NCBI GenBank assembly: GCA_963758525.1
Contig: CAVWVQ010000003.1
Span: 4,800,001 to 4,864,000, forward strand
Direction: 5' to 3'
From: an uncultured Phycisphaerales bacterium
GTDB taxonomy: Bacteria; Planctomycetota; Phycisphaerae; Tepidisphaerales; Tepidisphaeraceae
Length of the DNA: 64,000 nucleotides
Position numbers and translations under genes: made by a program. Below the pieces are notes generated by a model. That model made no database searches and was not told the DNA's origin. It worked only from the letters and a program-made list of their open reading frames with translations. Each line of letters begins with the position of its first letter. The first letter of the stretch is position 1. This document shows, piece by piece, positions 49,347 through 60,074 of the stretch.

Positions 49347-50222
49347 CTACCCCAGCATTCCCGAGGTCGCCGAAACGAGCTTATCGAGATTTTCGCGGGT
49401 GGCGGCGACGACGTCGGGATTGATCTGCAATGACTCGAGATCTTGAGGCTCCATCGGCTGATGGAGCGCCGTGAGGTTGAAGCCGTGCGTTGAATGGCAG
49501 CAAAGCGTGTCCGCGACGTAAACAAGGTTGACGAGCATGCGGTTTGGATCGTCCAACTCCGTCGGCCGATGATGATAGCCCACCACCAACTGGCACGGAC
49601 GGGGGAATCGCCAATGCTCGGCCAACGCCATGCCCAGCGCCTGGTGGTCGTTTCCGATTAAGTGCGTCTCAAGCTGGCAGAAGTTGCTGCCGGCGTCGGC
49701 GGCAGCCGTCTCGCATACCTGGCGGAGCATTTCGGGCGCGGTCTGCAGCGAGATCAGAATGCCGACATCGTGAATCATTCCCGCGAGAAATGCTTCGTCG
49801 CCGAGTGGGAGCTTCATGCGAATCGCCAGATCGCGGGCGGTCACCGCCACCGCAAGGCTGTGCGTCCAGATGTCTCTGGCAGTGAAATTGCGTCCAAGCT
49901 TCGCGCCGCGAAACAGTTGGCCAAGACTGGCGGCGACGGCGATGTTCTTCACGGCGTTGAGCCCAAGCATCACGATCGCCCGTTCGATCGAGCCGATCTG
50001 CCCCGATAATCCGTAGAACGCGCTGTTCACCACCTTCAGAATGCGCGTGACCAGAGCGGGATCGTGCGAGACGATGCGATTGAGCTGACTGGCGCTGCTG
50101 CGGGGATCTTCCACCGTCGCGATGATCCGATTCGTCACCTCCGGCAGTGTCGCGAGCGAGCTGACCGACTTGACGATCTCCTGCGGGGTCTTGTGCGGGC
50201 GTACGGCGGTGGCAACGCTCAT
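49347..50222 (-). CDS. HDOD-domain protein
   Basis: LPEV..DPALVTRILKVVNSAFY..LG, WTHSLAVA, AGMIHDVG. Confidence 0.92.
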   Translation of the reverse strand: MSVATAVRPHKTPQEIVKSVSSLATLPEVTNRIIATVEDPRSSASQLNRIVSHDPALVTRILKVVNSAFYGLSGQIGSIERAIVMLGLNAVKNIAVAASLGQLFRGAKLGRNFTARDIWTHSLAVAVTARDLAIRMKLPLGDEAFLAGMIHDVGILISLQTAPEMLRQVCETAAADAGSNFCQLETHLIGNDHQALGMALAEHWRFPRPCQLVVGYHHRPTELDDPNRMLVNLVYVADTLCCHSTHGFNLTALHQPMEPQDLESLQINPDVVAATRENLDKLVSATSGMLG

Positions 50223-50270
50223 TCGGATTAATCCTTGCTGCCGGAAGTATCGAGCGGATAAGGGAAAGGC

Positions 50271-51428
50271 TTAATACGAGATGAGTTTCCGGACGTGGCG
50301 ATTCAACTCAATGTGGGCCAGATGCCCGGCAATCGCTTTTCCTGCGTTCCCGCTGCCATAGGGATTTCGCGTCCCAAAACGATGCGGATGGCCGTTATTC
50401 CAGATCTCCGCGGCCGCGCGCTCGACGGCCTGCGGCGCTCGAACATGCACTACGTTGTCGCCCCGCTCCCGCCCGTGTTGGCGCGATCCGACGTCAATCA
50501 CGGGCGTTCCGAAACTGCCCGCCTCGATGATCCCGCTCGAGCTGTTGCCCACCAGCATCGCGGCATCACGCAGCAGGCCAAGATACAACATCCGCGGCAG
50601 GTCTTTGCAGAAGTGCCAGCCCGCTTGTCGCGACCGCTCCGCCTGTCGCCAGCAAGCGACGATCCCGTCGGCCCCGGGGTCGTTATTCGGATAGACCACC
50701 ATCATCTGCTCCACGCCCGCCCGCTGCACGGCACTCAGCAGCATCTCCGCCGCCAGACGCTCCGCGCCGGATTCCGACGTGGCCGGGTGCTGCACCACCA
50801 GCGCATAGCCGCGGCGTCGCAGCGCCGGAAATCGCTTCGCCACCACCTTCCACGGCTCGGCCTCGTGGAGATCGTCCAGCCCCGGCGAGCCGACGCGATG
50901 AATTCGCCAGCGATCTTCGCCGAGTTGCATCAGGCGTTGTGCGCTGCCCGCCGTGGCCGGAAAGTGCACATGAGTGAGTTTGCTGATCGCGTGACGCAGC
51001 GAGTCGTCCACCAGCCCCAGCGCACGATCCCCGCCATGCACGTGCGCGACAATGCGCCCGCCGATGTGCGCAGCCGACGCCGCGGCAAACGCTTCCACGC
51101 GGTCCCCGACGACCAGCACGATATCGCTTTTCAAATTTTCGAACTCCGCCGCGAGTCGGGCCATCACACGGCCAGTCTCGATGGCTGTTGCGGATTGCAA
51201 AACACTCTTTCGCCATGGAACGATGCAGTCGATATGCCAGCCACCGTCGCGAATCGCGTCGACGGAGTGTCCGCGCGTTCGATCGAGGTGCATGCCGGTG
51301 ACGATCAGTTGAAGGCGCAGCGAGGGAATTTTTTCAATCGCAAGGAGTGTCGAGCGCATCAGCCCGAACTCGGCACGGGTGCCGGTGACGAAGCAGACGT
51401 TACGAGGAGATCTGATCGGGGATGGCAT
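50271..51428 (-). CDS. neuC: UDP-GlcNAc 2-epimerase (hydrolysing), NeuC family
   Basis: VTGTRAEFG, TGMHL, GDRVE, HGGD, GNSSSGIIEA. Confidence 0.9.
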   Translation of the reverse strand: MPSPIRSPRNVCFVTGTRAEFGLMRSTLLAIEKIPSLRLQLIVTGMHLDRTRGHSVDAIRDGGWHIDCIVPWRKSVLQSATAIETGRVMARLAAEFENLKSDIVLVVGDRVEAFAAASAAHIGGRIVAHVHGGDRALGLVDDSLRHAISKLTHVHFPATAGSAQRLMQLGEDRWRIHRVGSPGLDDLHEAEPWKVVAKRFPALRRRGYALVVQHPATSESGAERLAAEMLLSAVQRAGVEQMMVVYPNNDPGADGIVACWRQAERSRQAGWHFCKDLPRMLYLGLLRDAAMLVGNSSSGIIEAGSFGTPVIDVGSRQHGRERGDNVVHVRAPQAVERAAAEIWNNGHPHRFGTRNPYGSGNAGKAIAGHLAHIELNRHVRKLISY

Positions 51429-51448
51429 TTGTGCCCGCGGCTTTCCCC

Positions 51449-51570
51449 GTGGCACGGGCATCCTGCCCGTGCTGGGTGCGTCAAAAGTAGTCCGACTCAA
51501 GCTCCGAAGAGCTGCTATCCACGTCTTTCTTCCCGCCACGCAACCGGCATGGGCAGGATGCCGATGCCAC
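51449..51570. repeat. REP-like doublet (GTGGCACGGGCATCCTGCCCGTG type)
   Basis: GTGGCACGGGCATCCTGCCCGTG ... CATGGGCAGGATGCCGATGCCAC. Confidence 0.7.
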
Positions 51571-51588
51571 GGATGCCACGGGGACGCT

Positions 51589-52656
51589 TCAGGCGGATCG
51601 GCGCGACTCTTGTGGCGCGATCATCTGCCATTCGAGTAGCGTTCCGGCCGAAAGATCGCGCACGGCGCGTCGCCCAATCACTTCTTCAATCAATGCGGCG
51701 GAGATCCCGGTTCCGGGACGTTGAACGGTGATGTCTTCCCGGCGAATCTTCTGTCCCGCCGCGACTTGCGCCTGCAATACCAAACTCTGCCGGCTGACGC
51801 TCCGCACGTCTTCTTCGCACGGAAGCACGCGCTTGCCGCCCGATCCCAGCATCGTTTCCGTCTGGCGAATGAGTTCGACGTAGGTGGCAAATTGTTCGGG
51901 GTCGCTGCTCGCGGCGTGATCGGGCCCCTGCGCCTGGCAGTCGTAGGTGAGATGGCGTTCCACGAACCGCGCCCCGGCCGCAACAGCCAGCGCGCCGCCA
52001 AACGCGTCGGTGGTGTGATCGGAGTAGCCGATCTGCACTTGATATCGCTCCCGCAGCTCACCGATCCAATGCAAATGGGCGTCGCGAGCTTCCGTTGGAT
52101 AGCTGCTCACGCAATGCAGCAGCGCAAAGGGAATTCGCCAGTCGCCAAGCCAGCGCATCGTCGTGTCAATCTCTTCCAGCGTCGCGGCGCCCGTCGAGAG
52201 CAGCAGCGGAATCGAGAGATTCGCCGCGCTGTGCAGCAGCACGCGGTTCACCAGGTCGGGCGAAGCGATTTTGACGGCTGCCATGCCGAGTGATGCAAGC
52301 GTTTTGATATCTCCGGGCGAGAAGGGCGTTGCCAGCGGCACAAGGCCGCGCGATCGGATGTGCGAGGTAATCGTGTGCAACGCGTCGTGCGACAGTTCAT
52401 ACCCTCGAAGCATCTTCGCCGGATCTCGCGGCACGCCGGCGCGCGACTGGTATTCCGCAAGCCGGCAGGAGCGATGCATCAAAGTGTCGGCGCGAAAGAT
52501 TTGCAGCTTCACCGCGTCAGCGCCGCATTCGGCGGCAAGATCCACCAGTTCCAGCGCGCGGTCGAGTGAGCCGTCATGATTGACCCCGATCTCGGCGATG
52601 ATGAGCACCGGGTGGTCGTTGCCGATCGATTTCTCACCGATACACAGGTTTGTCAT
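51589..52656 (-). CDS. neuB: Nonulosonic acid (NeuB-family) synthase with SAF domain
   Basis: IIAEIGVNHDG, DAVKLQ, LLHCVSSYP, GYSDHT, RPGTGI. Confidence 0.92.
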   Translation of the reverse strand: MTNLCIGEKSIGNDHPVLIIAEIGVNHDGSLDRALELVDLAAECGADAVKLQIFRADTLMHRSCRLAEYQSRAGVPRDPAKMLRGYELSHDALHTITSHIRSRGLVPLATPFSPGDIKTLASLGMAAVKIASPDLVNRVLLHSAANLSIPLLLSTGAATLEEIDTTMRWLGDWRIPFALLHCVSSYPTEARDAHLHWIGELRERYQVQIGYSDHTTDAFGGALAVAAGARFVERHLTYDCQAQGPDHAASSDPEQFATYVELIRQTETMLGSGGKRVLPCEEDVRSVSRQSLVLQAQVAAGQKIRREDITVQRPGTGISAALIEEVIGRRAVRDLSAGTLLEWQMIAPQESRRSA

Positions 52657-53386
52657 GACGCCATCCTGATCCAGTCGCGCTCGGACCGTGAGTCCCGCAA
52701 GACCGCCTCGGCCCAATAGAGGTCGCGAACGTGATCCACTTCGACGGTCGCGCCCATTTCCACACGGATGCCGCGACGGTCGATCCCAAAGAACGCGTGC
52801 GGATCGGCAGGATTATCGTTTCCCTTCAACATCGAAGCACGCGATACCGCGACAACCGCGCCGTCGTGAAGGAACACCGGAGACAGATCCTGGCGGCGAT
52901 GGATACTCCCCGCGTGAAGCGGCTTCACGACATCGCCATCCATTTCGTGCATCCACGCGGGATGCCATTTGCCGACGGGGCAGAACGAGCGAACCGAATC
53001 GCAGCCGGTTGCCCTCAGTGTCTGCAAGGCGCCATCGATCGCGCCTTGCGGCGCACGGGAACATTGCCGTAGAGAACCACCAGGGCATCCGCCCGAAAGC
53101 CGCTGCGCGATTCGACCGTCTGCATGGCGTGCAGCATGGCGTCCTGCACCGACGCATCTGCCGTCGCCAGATGCGCGGGCCGGGCGATCGTCTCCAATCC
53201 CGCGGCCGCGGCGAGCCGACGGACCTCGGCGCAGTCGCTGGAAACAACCACCCGCGAAAGCGATCGCGCCGCCCGCGCATGGTCGAACGTGTAGGAAATG
53301 ACCGGACGGCCCAGCAGCGGGAGCAGATGCTTGCCGGCCAGGCCCTGGCTCCCCGCGCGGGCGAGGATGACGGCGAGAGTGTTCAT
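52653..53386 (-). CDS. neuA: CMP-nonulosonate synthetase (NeuA family), frameshift near 53050
   Basis: ILARAGSQGLAGKH, RPAHLATADA, then RRQDL..EVDHVRDL in the shifted frame. Confidence 0.85.
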
Positions 53387-55002
53387 GGTCGATGCCATTC
53401 GTTGCAGGTCGCGCACAGCGGGTGCGCGGCCCATTGTTTTTGTTGATGGTCGCTTCGGAGGTTTGCCAGCCCGGTGGTCCAGACCGCGGAAATCGAGTCG
53501 GTTGCGACATGGCCGAGAGTTTGAGCCGCAACAAGATCCTCCTCGCAGGAGACGATTCGGCCATCACTGAGGATGGTGATGCGCGACGCCAGACGCGAAC
53601 ACGTGCGCCGGCCGGGAGGCGTCATGTCGGCGACGCCGCTGTCGGCGATCAGCCCGCCGAACGTGCTGGGTCCGCGAAGGACGGCGCAGTTGAGCGCTTT
53701 GAGCCACTGGTCGTACCAGGCTTCCATCTCAGCGATGTTCTGCCGGCACTTGGTAAAAACCGGAACGATGATCGGAACGCCGTCGCCGCGACGCTGGCGC
53801 TGCCCCACGAAAGCCCGGATGTTTTCCAGGACGCGGGCATACGCGTCCAGCCCCATCACTTCGAAGTAGGTCGCGTCGGTGATCGCCGGCAAATGGACGG
53901 AAATAATGTCTGCCGGTCCCATGGCGAGGCTTGCGATACGGTCTCGATTTTCCCCGAGCAAATCAGTTTCAACGTGAAGAGCCCGAATACCTGCCGATCT
54001 TGCGGCATCGAGAATTTCAAACAGCTCGCGATGCAATAGCGGATCGCCCGCGCCGGCGAAGGTGACGCGGACATCGTCGGCCTGCGCAAGCTGTTGGAAA
54101 ATCGCGCGGGCTGTTGCAAGCGGGAGATCGGGCCGGCTGAACCCGCCGACGCGCGCCGGCGAGAAAATGGGATTGCTGGCGCGGCGCGTGTTCAACTCCA
54201 TCACCACTTCGCGCGGAAGCGAGTCGGTCCAATTGCACGTGCTGACGCGCTGAACGATCTCCATCGCTCCGGCGATCTGCAGTTGCCCGTTGAGGCACGC
54301 GGTCGCGTATTCCGTCCGGGCAATCTGCCGATCCGAATCGAGCACAAAACGCTCCACGGTTCGGGCGATGGCAGGAGGAACGGCAAGACAGGCGTCGGTG
54401 CCGATCATCTCGCGACTCACATGATCGGGAATGTAATGCAGGAGCCGTCCGGCATGCAGTTTCGTCGCGGCCAGGCGCTTCAGCAGGGGGATGCGAAGCA
54501 GCGCGCCGCACAAGCCCGGCGCCGCCGCGGAGAAGATGATCTCCTGGTCGCGATGCGCATCGGCATGAGCAATCAGCTCGTCCGCCAGCATCGGATCGAC
54601 CAGAGCCGCCGCCGGGTCAATGAGCAGCACGCCTTCGCTTTCCACCCGCGCCGCAAGCTCCAGCACCCACGGGGCATAAAAGCCGATGTCAAACGCGCAG
54701 GTTCCCAGCAATCCTCCGCGCCAACCGTCGGCCCAGCGCCGCGATGCGGAAACGGCCTCGATCTGACTGATGCGCGAGCGCGGTCCCTTGGCGAGGACAA
54801 ACGCGCCGATCTCGTCGGCGATGCCCGCAATGCGCGGAAGCTGATCCTCCCAGCAGAGCACCGCCGCCGATGAAAGCTGCCGGCTCATCGAGAGCCGGCG
54901 CAGCGTCCATTCAACGACCGGCAGATCGCGAAACAGCCGCGTGCCGCTGTGCCGATCCGGACCTTCGTGCAGGAGCGAGACAATAGCGGAAATGTTGCTC
55001 AC
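53383..55002 (-). CDS. Nucleotidyltransferase-like N-domain fused to a degenerate radical SAM and SPASM domain
   Basis: GTG overlaps the upstream stop; ELNTRRASNPIFSP where CxxxCxxC is expected; GAGDPLLH; C-terminal C..SC.ED..CATC. Confidence 0.72.
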   Translation of the reverse strand: MSNISAIVSLLHEGPDRHSGTRLFRDLPVVEWTLRRLSMSRQLSSAAVLCWEDQLPRIAGIADEIGAFVLAKGPRSRISQIEAVSASRRWADGWRGGLLGTCAFDIGFYAPWVLELAARVESEGVLLIDPAAALVDPMLADELIAHADAHRDQEIIFSAAAPGLCGALLRIPLLKRLAATKLHAGRLLHYIPDHVSREMIGTDACLAVPPAIARTVERFVLDSDRQIARTEYATACLNGQLQIAGAMEIVQRVSTCNWTDSLPREVVMELNTRRASNPIFSPARVGGFSRPDLPLATARAIFQQLAQADDVRVTFAGAGDPLLHRELFEILDAARSAGIRALHVETDLLGENRDRIASLAMGPADIISVHLPAITDATYFEVMGLDAYARVLENIRAFVGQRQRRGDGVPIIVPVFTKCRQNIAEMEAWYDQWLKALNCAVLRGPSTFGGLIADSGVADMTPPGRRTCSRLASRITILSDGRIVSCEEDLVAAQTLGHVATDSISAVWTTGLANLRSDHQQKQWAAHPLCATCNEWHRP

Positions 55003-56924
55003 GCCGCCTCCTTGAGAGACGCCGCCAGATTCGCAGTCACGTCGTCCATCAGCTTCTGAAAGTCGCGGGCGGCCTGCATGACGCCCAGCACATTTTCGAT
55101 GTCGCGCTCGACCTGCAGCCGCTGGCGATCCCTTCCGCAAACGCGCGAGGCCGCGATTTTCCGGTCGGCTTCGAACCGCTTGAGCTCTGTCGGTTGCGTG
55201 AGCTGGGTCACCAGGTCGTAGCATCTGCCAAGATCGTTCATCCGCTGGCGCAGCGCGTCGATCGCCGCAATCGCGCGATTGACGCGCGGCTGCGAGTCGA
55301 GATGGTCGCGAATCTCCTTGAGCAGCGGCAGCGTCTGCTCGCTGATCGACTCGATGGCGGCGGCTTCCTCCCTGCGTTTTGCGAGTGAACTGGCGCAGGC
55401 TGCAAGCCGGGTCCAGCTCAGTCCGGGATGGGGCGGGGCGGAGCCGGTCAATTCGCGCCGGCAAAAACGATCGCGTGCTTCAACGAGCGTCATCGGCGTG
55501 CAGCCCGCTTTGGCGGCGCCCCCTTCGGTGGCATCGATGATGCGCATGCGCGTCTTGAGGAAATCGCGCTCGAACTGCTGGAGGTAGCTGAAGAGCCGCT
55601 CTTCGGTGTACATCGGGCGGCCCTGATAATCGGTGATCTTGCGCAGGATGAATCGCTCGCGAACGATTTGGTCCCACTGCTTCATCTCGACGGAGCAGAA
55701 TCGCGACAGTTCCGGCCGCCAGACGTCTTCGTAACTGGTTCCGGGGGCGTAGCAGAGGCCGTCGCTGAAGCCCAGATCCTGGCCGACGAAGATGATCGGG
55801 TCGCACCCCATGTACTCGGCGAGGTAGTAGGCCAGATGCGCCACCGTCGCCCCGGGCGGAATCACCGCATGTTGCAGATTCATCTCATGAAGGAGACCTT
55901 CGGCGAAGTCGTTCCCAAGCACCGACAACGGGCCGGGGTTCAGTTCGAAAATGGCGTTGTTCGCCTTGGGCTCGGCAACCAGCTCGGTCTTGAGGTGAGC
56001 CGGAAGTTTCTCGAAGAAGCGCGTGCAGATTTCATGATAGTCCAGCGACGTCACGAACTGCGGCTCGATCCCCATCTCCAGTAGCGGTTGCAGAGTCGTC
56101 TGCACCGCCACGATCACCGCCCGGCCCTGCAGGTCTTTGAGCAGGTGTTTGTTTTTTCGCAGCGACGGCCCAGCCGAGACAATGATCGCCGGGTCCCCTT
56201 TGTGGCAGTCGCACAGGCGGGCGAGGGAGGGAGAGGCGGCGTACCAGCCGACGTTTTTCGCGATGTTCTCGGCGGTGCGCCGACTGTTGAGCACCAGCGT
56301 GTTCATGCTGGTTTGCCTGAACGAGGCAAACTCCTCCAGCCAGATCCGGACCTGCTCATAGAACGGCCCGGCCGTCTGCTGGCTGGGCGCATGGACGATC
56401 GTTTCGACCCCGACCGACAGCAGCGCGGTGTGCGGATTGAGGCGGGTGAGTAGTTCGGATTTGTCCAGCGACGTGAAGAAGAATAGCCGGCGGCTGTCGA
56501 GCAAGCGCGACAGATCGCGCGACTCCAGCGCCGTCCGCAGCAGACGCAGATCCGCTTCGAATATGCAGAAGATTGCTTCGTCGCCGGCTCGCTCGAACAG
56601 GGCCTCGACGTGATAACCGAGCCCGAAGCCGAGCACGAAATAGGCTGCCTTCCCGGCTGCATCGATCGGATCGACCAGCTTCGCGGCGTCTGCGACTGGA
56701 TCGAATCGGCTGTGAAGATAGATCCGCCCTCCGTCGGACCTGGCGATCGCGACAGTTGGAGGCCCCGATTTTGAAGGTTCGGTCGGATAACCGCCCGGCT
56801 CGGGCAACGCTTCTATCAGCGCCGCCAGCCTCGGCTCATTCACCCACAGCGAAGCAAGATTCGCCAGATAGGGCGCATCTTGCGGAAGGATGAATCGGGT
56901 TGAATCGTCACTGCTTGCGGTCAT
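54999..56924 (-). CDS. Maf-family (DUF115) flagellin glycosyltransferase
   Basis: LHSRFDP, GFGLGYH, IIVSAGPSL, TVAH, FVGQDL, IDATEGG. Confidence 0.85.
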   Translation of the reverse strand: MTASSDDSTRFILPQDAPYLANLASLWVNEPRLAALIEALPEPGGYPTEPSKSGPPTVAIARSDGGRIYLHSRFDPVADAAKLVDPIDAAGKAAYFVLGFGLGYHVEALFERAGDEAIFCIFEADLRLLRTALESRDLSRLLDSRRLFFFTSLDKSELLTRLNPHTALLSVGVETIVHAPSQQTAGPFYEQVRIWLEEFASFRQTSMNTLVLNSRRTAENIAKNVGWYAASPSLARLCDCHKGDPAIIVSAGPSLRKNKHLLKDLQGRAVIVAVQTTLQPLLEMGIEPQFVTSLDYHEICTRFFEKLPAHLKTELVAEPKANNAIFELNPGPLSVLGNDFAEGLLHEMNLQHAVIPPGATVAHLAYYLAEYMGCDPIIFVGQDLGFSDGLCYAPGTSYEDVWRPELSRFCSVEMKQWDQIVRERFILRKITDYQGRPMYTEERLFSYLQQFERDFLKTRMRIIDATEGGAAKAGCTPMTLVEARDRFCRRELTGSAPPHPGLSWTRLAACASSLAKRREEAAAIESISEQTLPLLKEIRDHLDSQPRVNRAIAAIDALRQRMNDLGRCYDLVTQLTQPTELKRFEADRKIAASRVCGRDRQRLQVERDIENVLGVMQAARDFQKLMDDVTANLAASLKEAA

Positions 56925-57008
56925 TGGCGCACAGGGGTAGCGTTACCCAGTCTTGTTTATCGGACGTGGGGGCGGGAAATAGTGAGTGGTTCCCTTCTTG
57001 GGAGCAGA

Positions 57009-57292
57009 ATGCGGATCGAGCAACTGATTTGGCCAGCAGAAAGGGTTGAACACATCGCCCGGCATGGCGTGACGCCTGAAGAAGTCGAAGAAGCGTGCTT
57101 CGGAGCACCCTTCGTACGCAGAGGAAAATCCCGGGTGAAAATCCGGTATATTATGTTCTGGGACAAAGTGATGCTGGTCGTTGCCTCTTCTGCGTCGTGA
57201 TCGGCTTCCCCGATGGCAACGGATATCCGGTGACCGCGCGGGAAATGACCAAGAATGAGAAGCGTCGCTACCGCAAATGGAAAAACGGATGA
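57009..57292 (+). CDS. BrnT-family toxin, 1-nt frameshift near 57133
   Basis: EHIARHGVTPEEVEE, then VLGQSDAGR..PVTAREMTKNEKRRY in the shifted frame. Confidence 0.8.
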
Positions 57293-57573
57293 AGAAGATC
57301 AAACTGCCAAAAACCGATTCTATCCAGAAGTTGGCCCAGTTCTGGGATACCCATGACCTGACCAGCTTCGAAGATGAGTTGGAGGAACTCAAGAGGCCAG
57401 TTTTCGCGCGTGTGGCTCCTACTCTCGAAATTAAGCTGTCTCTGGACGCCCGCGAAACCAAGGCGCTTGAACAAATCGCTCATGCCAGCGGTCTGTCAAT
57501 TGAAGAACTGGTTCGCACATGGGTGCAAAAGAAATTGCCCGTCCGGGCAATTGATTATCGAAGACAATCATGA
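57289..57573 (+). CDS. BrnA/CopG-like antitoxin
   Basis: FWDTHDLTSF followed by an RHH-like C-terminus; ATG overlaps the toxin stop. Confidence 0.8.
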   Translation: MKKIKLPKTDSIQKLAQFWDTHDLTSFEDELEELKRPVFARVAPTLEIKLSLDARETKALEQIAHASGLSIEELVRTWVQKKLPVRAIDYRRQS

Positions 57574-57623
57574 CGCGGAGCACAACCGCGCACGTCCAAA
57601 TCCACACGATTAAGATTGGCGAT

Positions 57624-58219
57624 ATGAGCGGGGACCTTCTTTTCGATACTCCCTGGTGGCTGCCGGTGCTGATCGTGGCGATCGGTACCTTCGTTTTTGT
57701 CAGCGGAAATCGAAGACAGCAGTCCGGGACGCGCAACGCCGGGGCCGGCATTATTCTCCTTGCGATCCTGATCGTTCTCATGACGATTTTCGTCGACACT
57801 CCCAAAAAAATCGCGCGCCGGGAGTCGCGGCAGCTGGTTCAGGCAGCCGTTGATGGAGACTGGACGACGTTCCAGTCGTTGCTGGCGCCCGACGCGAGCC
57901 TGCGCATGCTGACGTCGCCGACGCTCTATGCCGATGCAAAGGAATTGACCGCTGCCGCCAGGATCGGAACGCAGCGCGTCCACCTCAGGGAAGCCCACAT
58001 TCGCTCGCTGGAAGTGACCGAAAGCGCTTCATTGGTAACCGCCACGCTCGCGATCCTGACCGAGCAGGATGACGCCGCTGCCCCGGTGATTCAGAGCACC
58101 TGGCAGTTTGATTTCGAGCAAACGGGAGGCGCTGGCGCATTCACGAGGTCCGGGCGATTCAGATCGGGGAGATGAGCGGAGACAACGCGGAGGAGTTTAT
58201 GCCGAAGGTGGGGAAGTGA
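57624..58219 (+). CDS. Membrane protein with NTF2/SnoaL-like domain, frameshift near 58127
   Basis: Two TM helices; the natural-looking end GWRIHEVRAIQIGE..VGK* lies in a shifted frame. Confidence 0.6.
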
Positions 58220-58228
58220 AGGGGAAGG

Positions 58229-58364
58229 GGGGAAAGGCACCAAGGCACGCAGGCACGCAGGCACGAAGGGGAGGAAAAGTTTGATCGCGTCACATGGCTC
58301 AGCACAAAAATCCCCTTCCTTCCCTACGTGCCTTCGTGCCTATGTGCCTTCGTGCCTTTCCCCC
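58229..58364. repeat. Intergenic palindromic element with two inverted arrays of four AGGCAC(N)2 octamers
   Basis: Units at 58235, 58243, 58251, 58259; inverted (N)2GTGCCT units at 58326, 58334, 58342, 58350. Confidence 0.85.
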
Positions 58365-58482
58365 GCTTCCCGTCGTGCCGTTCCCCGCCACTCGTTCCAA
58401 TAACCATTGACCCGCCCGACATGTTGATCGGCTTCCCTGCTGCGCGTACCATCCGGCGCTCTTGCGAAGAACGAGGAGACGA

Positions 58483-59223
58483 ATGGCGACATCGGATTCA
58501 AAAATGGAAGAACTTGCCCGGCTTCAGGTCGGGGGGAACGTAATGTATCCGCCTGCGGTCGGATATCCGACCCGCGGACCGGTGGCGATGCCGATGGCAA
58601 TGCCCGGACCGGGTGGCGGCGGCGGCTACAACCGCTATCGGGAGATGACGCTCGAGGAAATGCTCCTCGAAAACCGCGTCGTCTTTCTGATTGGCGAGAT
58701 CAATCATGTCACCGCCTCGCGAGTCATCATGCAGATTCTTTATCTGCAGAGCGTGAAGCGCGATCAGGACATCAACCTGTACATCAACAGCCCCGGCGGT
58801 GTCGTCGACGACACGCTGGCGATGTATGACATCATGCGGTTTGTGACGTGTGACATTGCCACCTATTGCATCGGCCGGGCCGAGAGCGGCGGGGCGATCG
58901 TCTTCATGGCGGGCAAGAAGGGAAAGCGATACATCCTTCCCAACGCCAAGGTGATGATCCATCAGCCGTTTGGCGGAGTGTACGGACAGACCGCCGACAT
59001 CGAGATCCAGGCCGAAGAGATCCTTAAGACCAAGAACAACCTGATCGACATCATCTCCAAATGCACGGGACAGTCGACCGATCGCGTCCGCGAAGACAGT
59101 GAGCGCGATCGGTTCTTCGACGCCAAGCAGGCGGTCGAGTACGGCATTTGCGACGAAGTGATCGGGGAGGAGTCCGCGGCGAAGGTTGCTGAGGCGGCGG
59201 CGGACGCAACCAAACCCAAGTAA
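58483..59223 (+). CDS. clpP: ATP-dependent Clp protease proteolytic subunit (first copy)
   Basis: LYINSPGG, CIGRAESGG, MIHQP, ERDRF. Confidence 0.92.
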   Translation: MATSDSKMEELARLQVGGNVMYPPAVGYPTRGPVAMPMAMPGPGGGGGYNRYREMTLEEMLLENRVVFLIGEINHVTASRVIMQILYLQSVKRDQDINLYINSPGGVVDDTLAMYDIMRFVTCDIATYCIGRAESGGAIVFMAGKKGKRYILPNAKVMIHQPFGGVYGQTADIEIQAEEILKTKNNLIDIISKCTGQSTDRVREDSERDRFFDAKQAVEYGICDEVIGEESAAKVAEAAADATKPK

Positions 59224-59301
59224 ACTCCAGCGGGACCTGGGGCAACCCTTGATGATTGCCTGCGAAGGAACGGCGCTCTTCTTACTGCGGCGGCGTAAAA
59301 A

Positions 59302-59949
59302 ATGCAGAATACACTGATCCCCATCGTTATCGAAAAATCCGGTCGCGGAGAACGCGCGTATGACATTTACTCGCGATTGCTCAAGGACCGAATCATTATC
59401 CTCGGCGGTCCCGTCACCGACGACTCGGCGAACGCGATTATCGCGCAGATGCTGTTTCTCTCGAACGACGATCCGAAGAACGACATTCAGTTCTACATCA
59501 ACTCGCCGGGCGGCAGCGTCTCGGCGGGGCTTGGAATCATCGACACGATGCGATTCCTCCGCTGCGACGTTGCCACCACCTGCATCGGCATGGCCGCAAG
59601 CATGGGCGCGTGTCTGCTGGCGGCGGGTACCAAGGGGAAGCGCTCCGTGCTGGAAAATTCGCAGGTCATGCTGCATCAGCCGCTCATTGGCGGCGTGCTG
59701 CAGGGACCGGCCACCGATCTGGGCATCGAAGCGCAGCATATGATCCGGCTGCGCAACCGTCTGTACAAACTGATGTCTGACTTCACCGGCAAATCCGCCG
59801 ACACCATTCACCGCGACTTCGACCGCAATAAATGGCTGTTTGCCGATGAAGCAGTTGCGTACGGCGTTGCCGATCGCGTGATGAACCAGGCCCCGGATGC
59901 CGCGCCGCGTCCCGTGTCCGAGGGCGGCGAAGAAGAAAAGGTCTCGTGA
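59302..59949 (+). CDS. clpP: ATP-dependent Clp protease proteolytic subunit (second copy)
   Basis: [34 protein letters not shown]. Confidence 0.96.
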   Translation: MQNTLIPIVIEKSGRGERAYDIYSRLLKDRIIILGGPVTDDSANAIIAQMLFLSNDDPKNDIQFYINSPGGSVSAGLGIIDTMRFLRCDVATTCIGMAASMGACLLAAGTKGKRSVLENSQVMLHQPLIGGVLQGPATDLGIEAQHMIRLRNRLYKLMSDFTGKSADTIHRDFDRNKWLFADEAVAYGVADRVMNQAPDAAPRPVSEGGEEEKVS

Positions 59950-59983
59950 GCCGTGCGATAGCAATCGCGCAGAACGGTCTGCG

Positions 59984-60052
59984 GTAGGGCGGGATTGATC
60001 CCGCCGTGGGCTGAGGTCTTGCGGAAAATCGGCGGGATGAATCCCGCCCTAC
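59984..60052. repeat. GTAG-type REP doublet, second copy
   Basis: Arms nearly identical to 36477-36544, with a different spacer. Confidence 0.85.
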
Positions 60053-60074
60053 TCATGCACTGGCGCTGTAATTC

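Noticed and set aside
45773..59964. Long antisense ORFs (45773-47182, 50295-51731, 58498-59964; also 9143-10126, 21416-22342, 32308-33249)
   Set aside because: Typical high-GC antisense shadows of well-supported genes, with no motifs.
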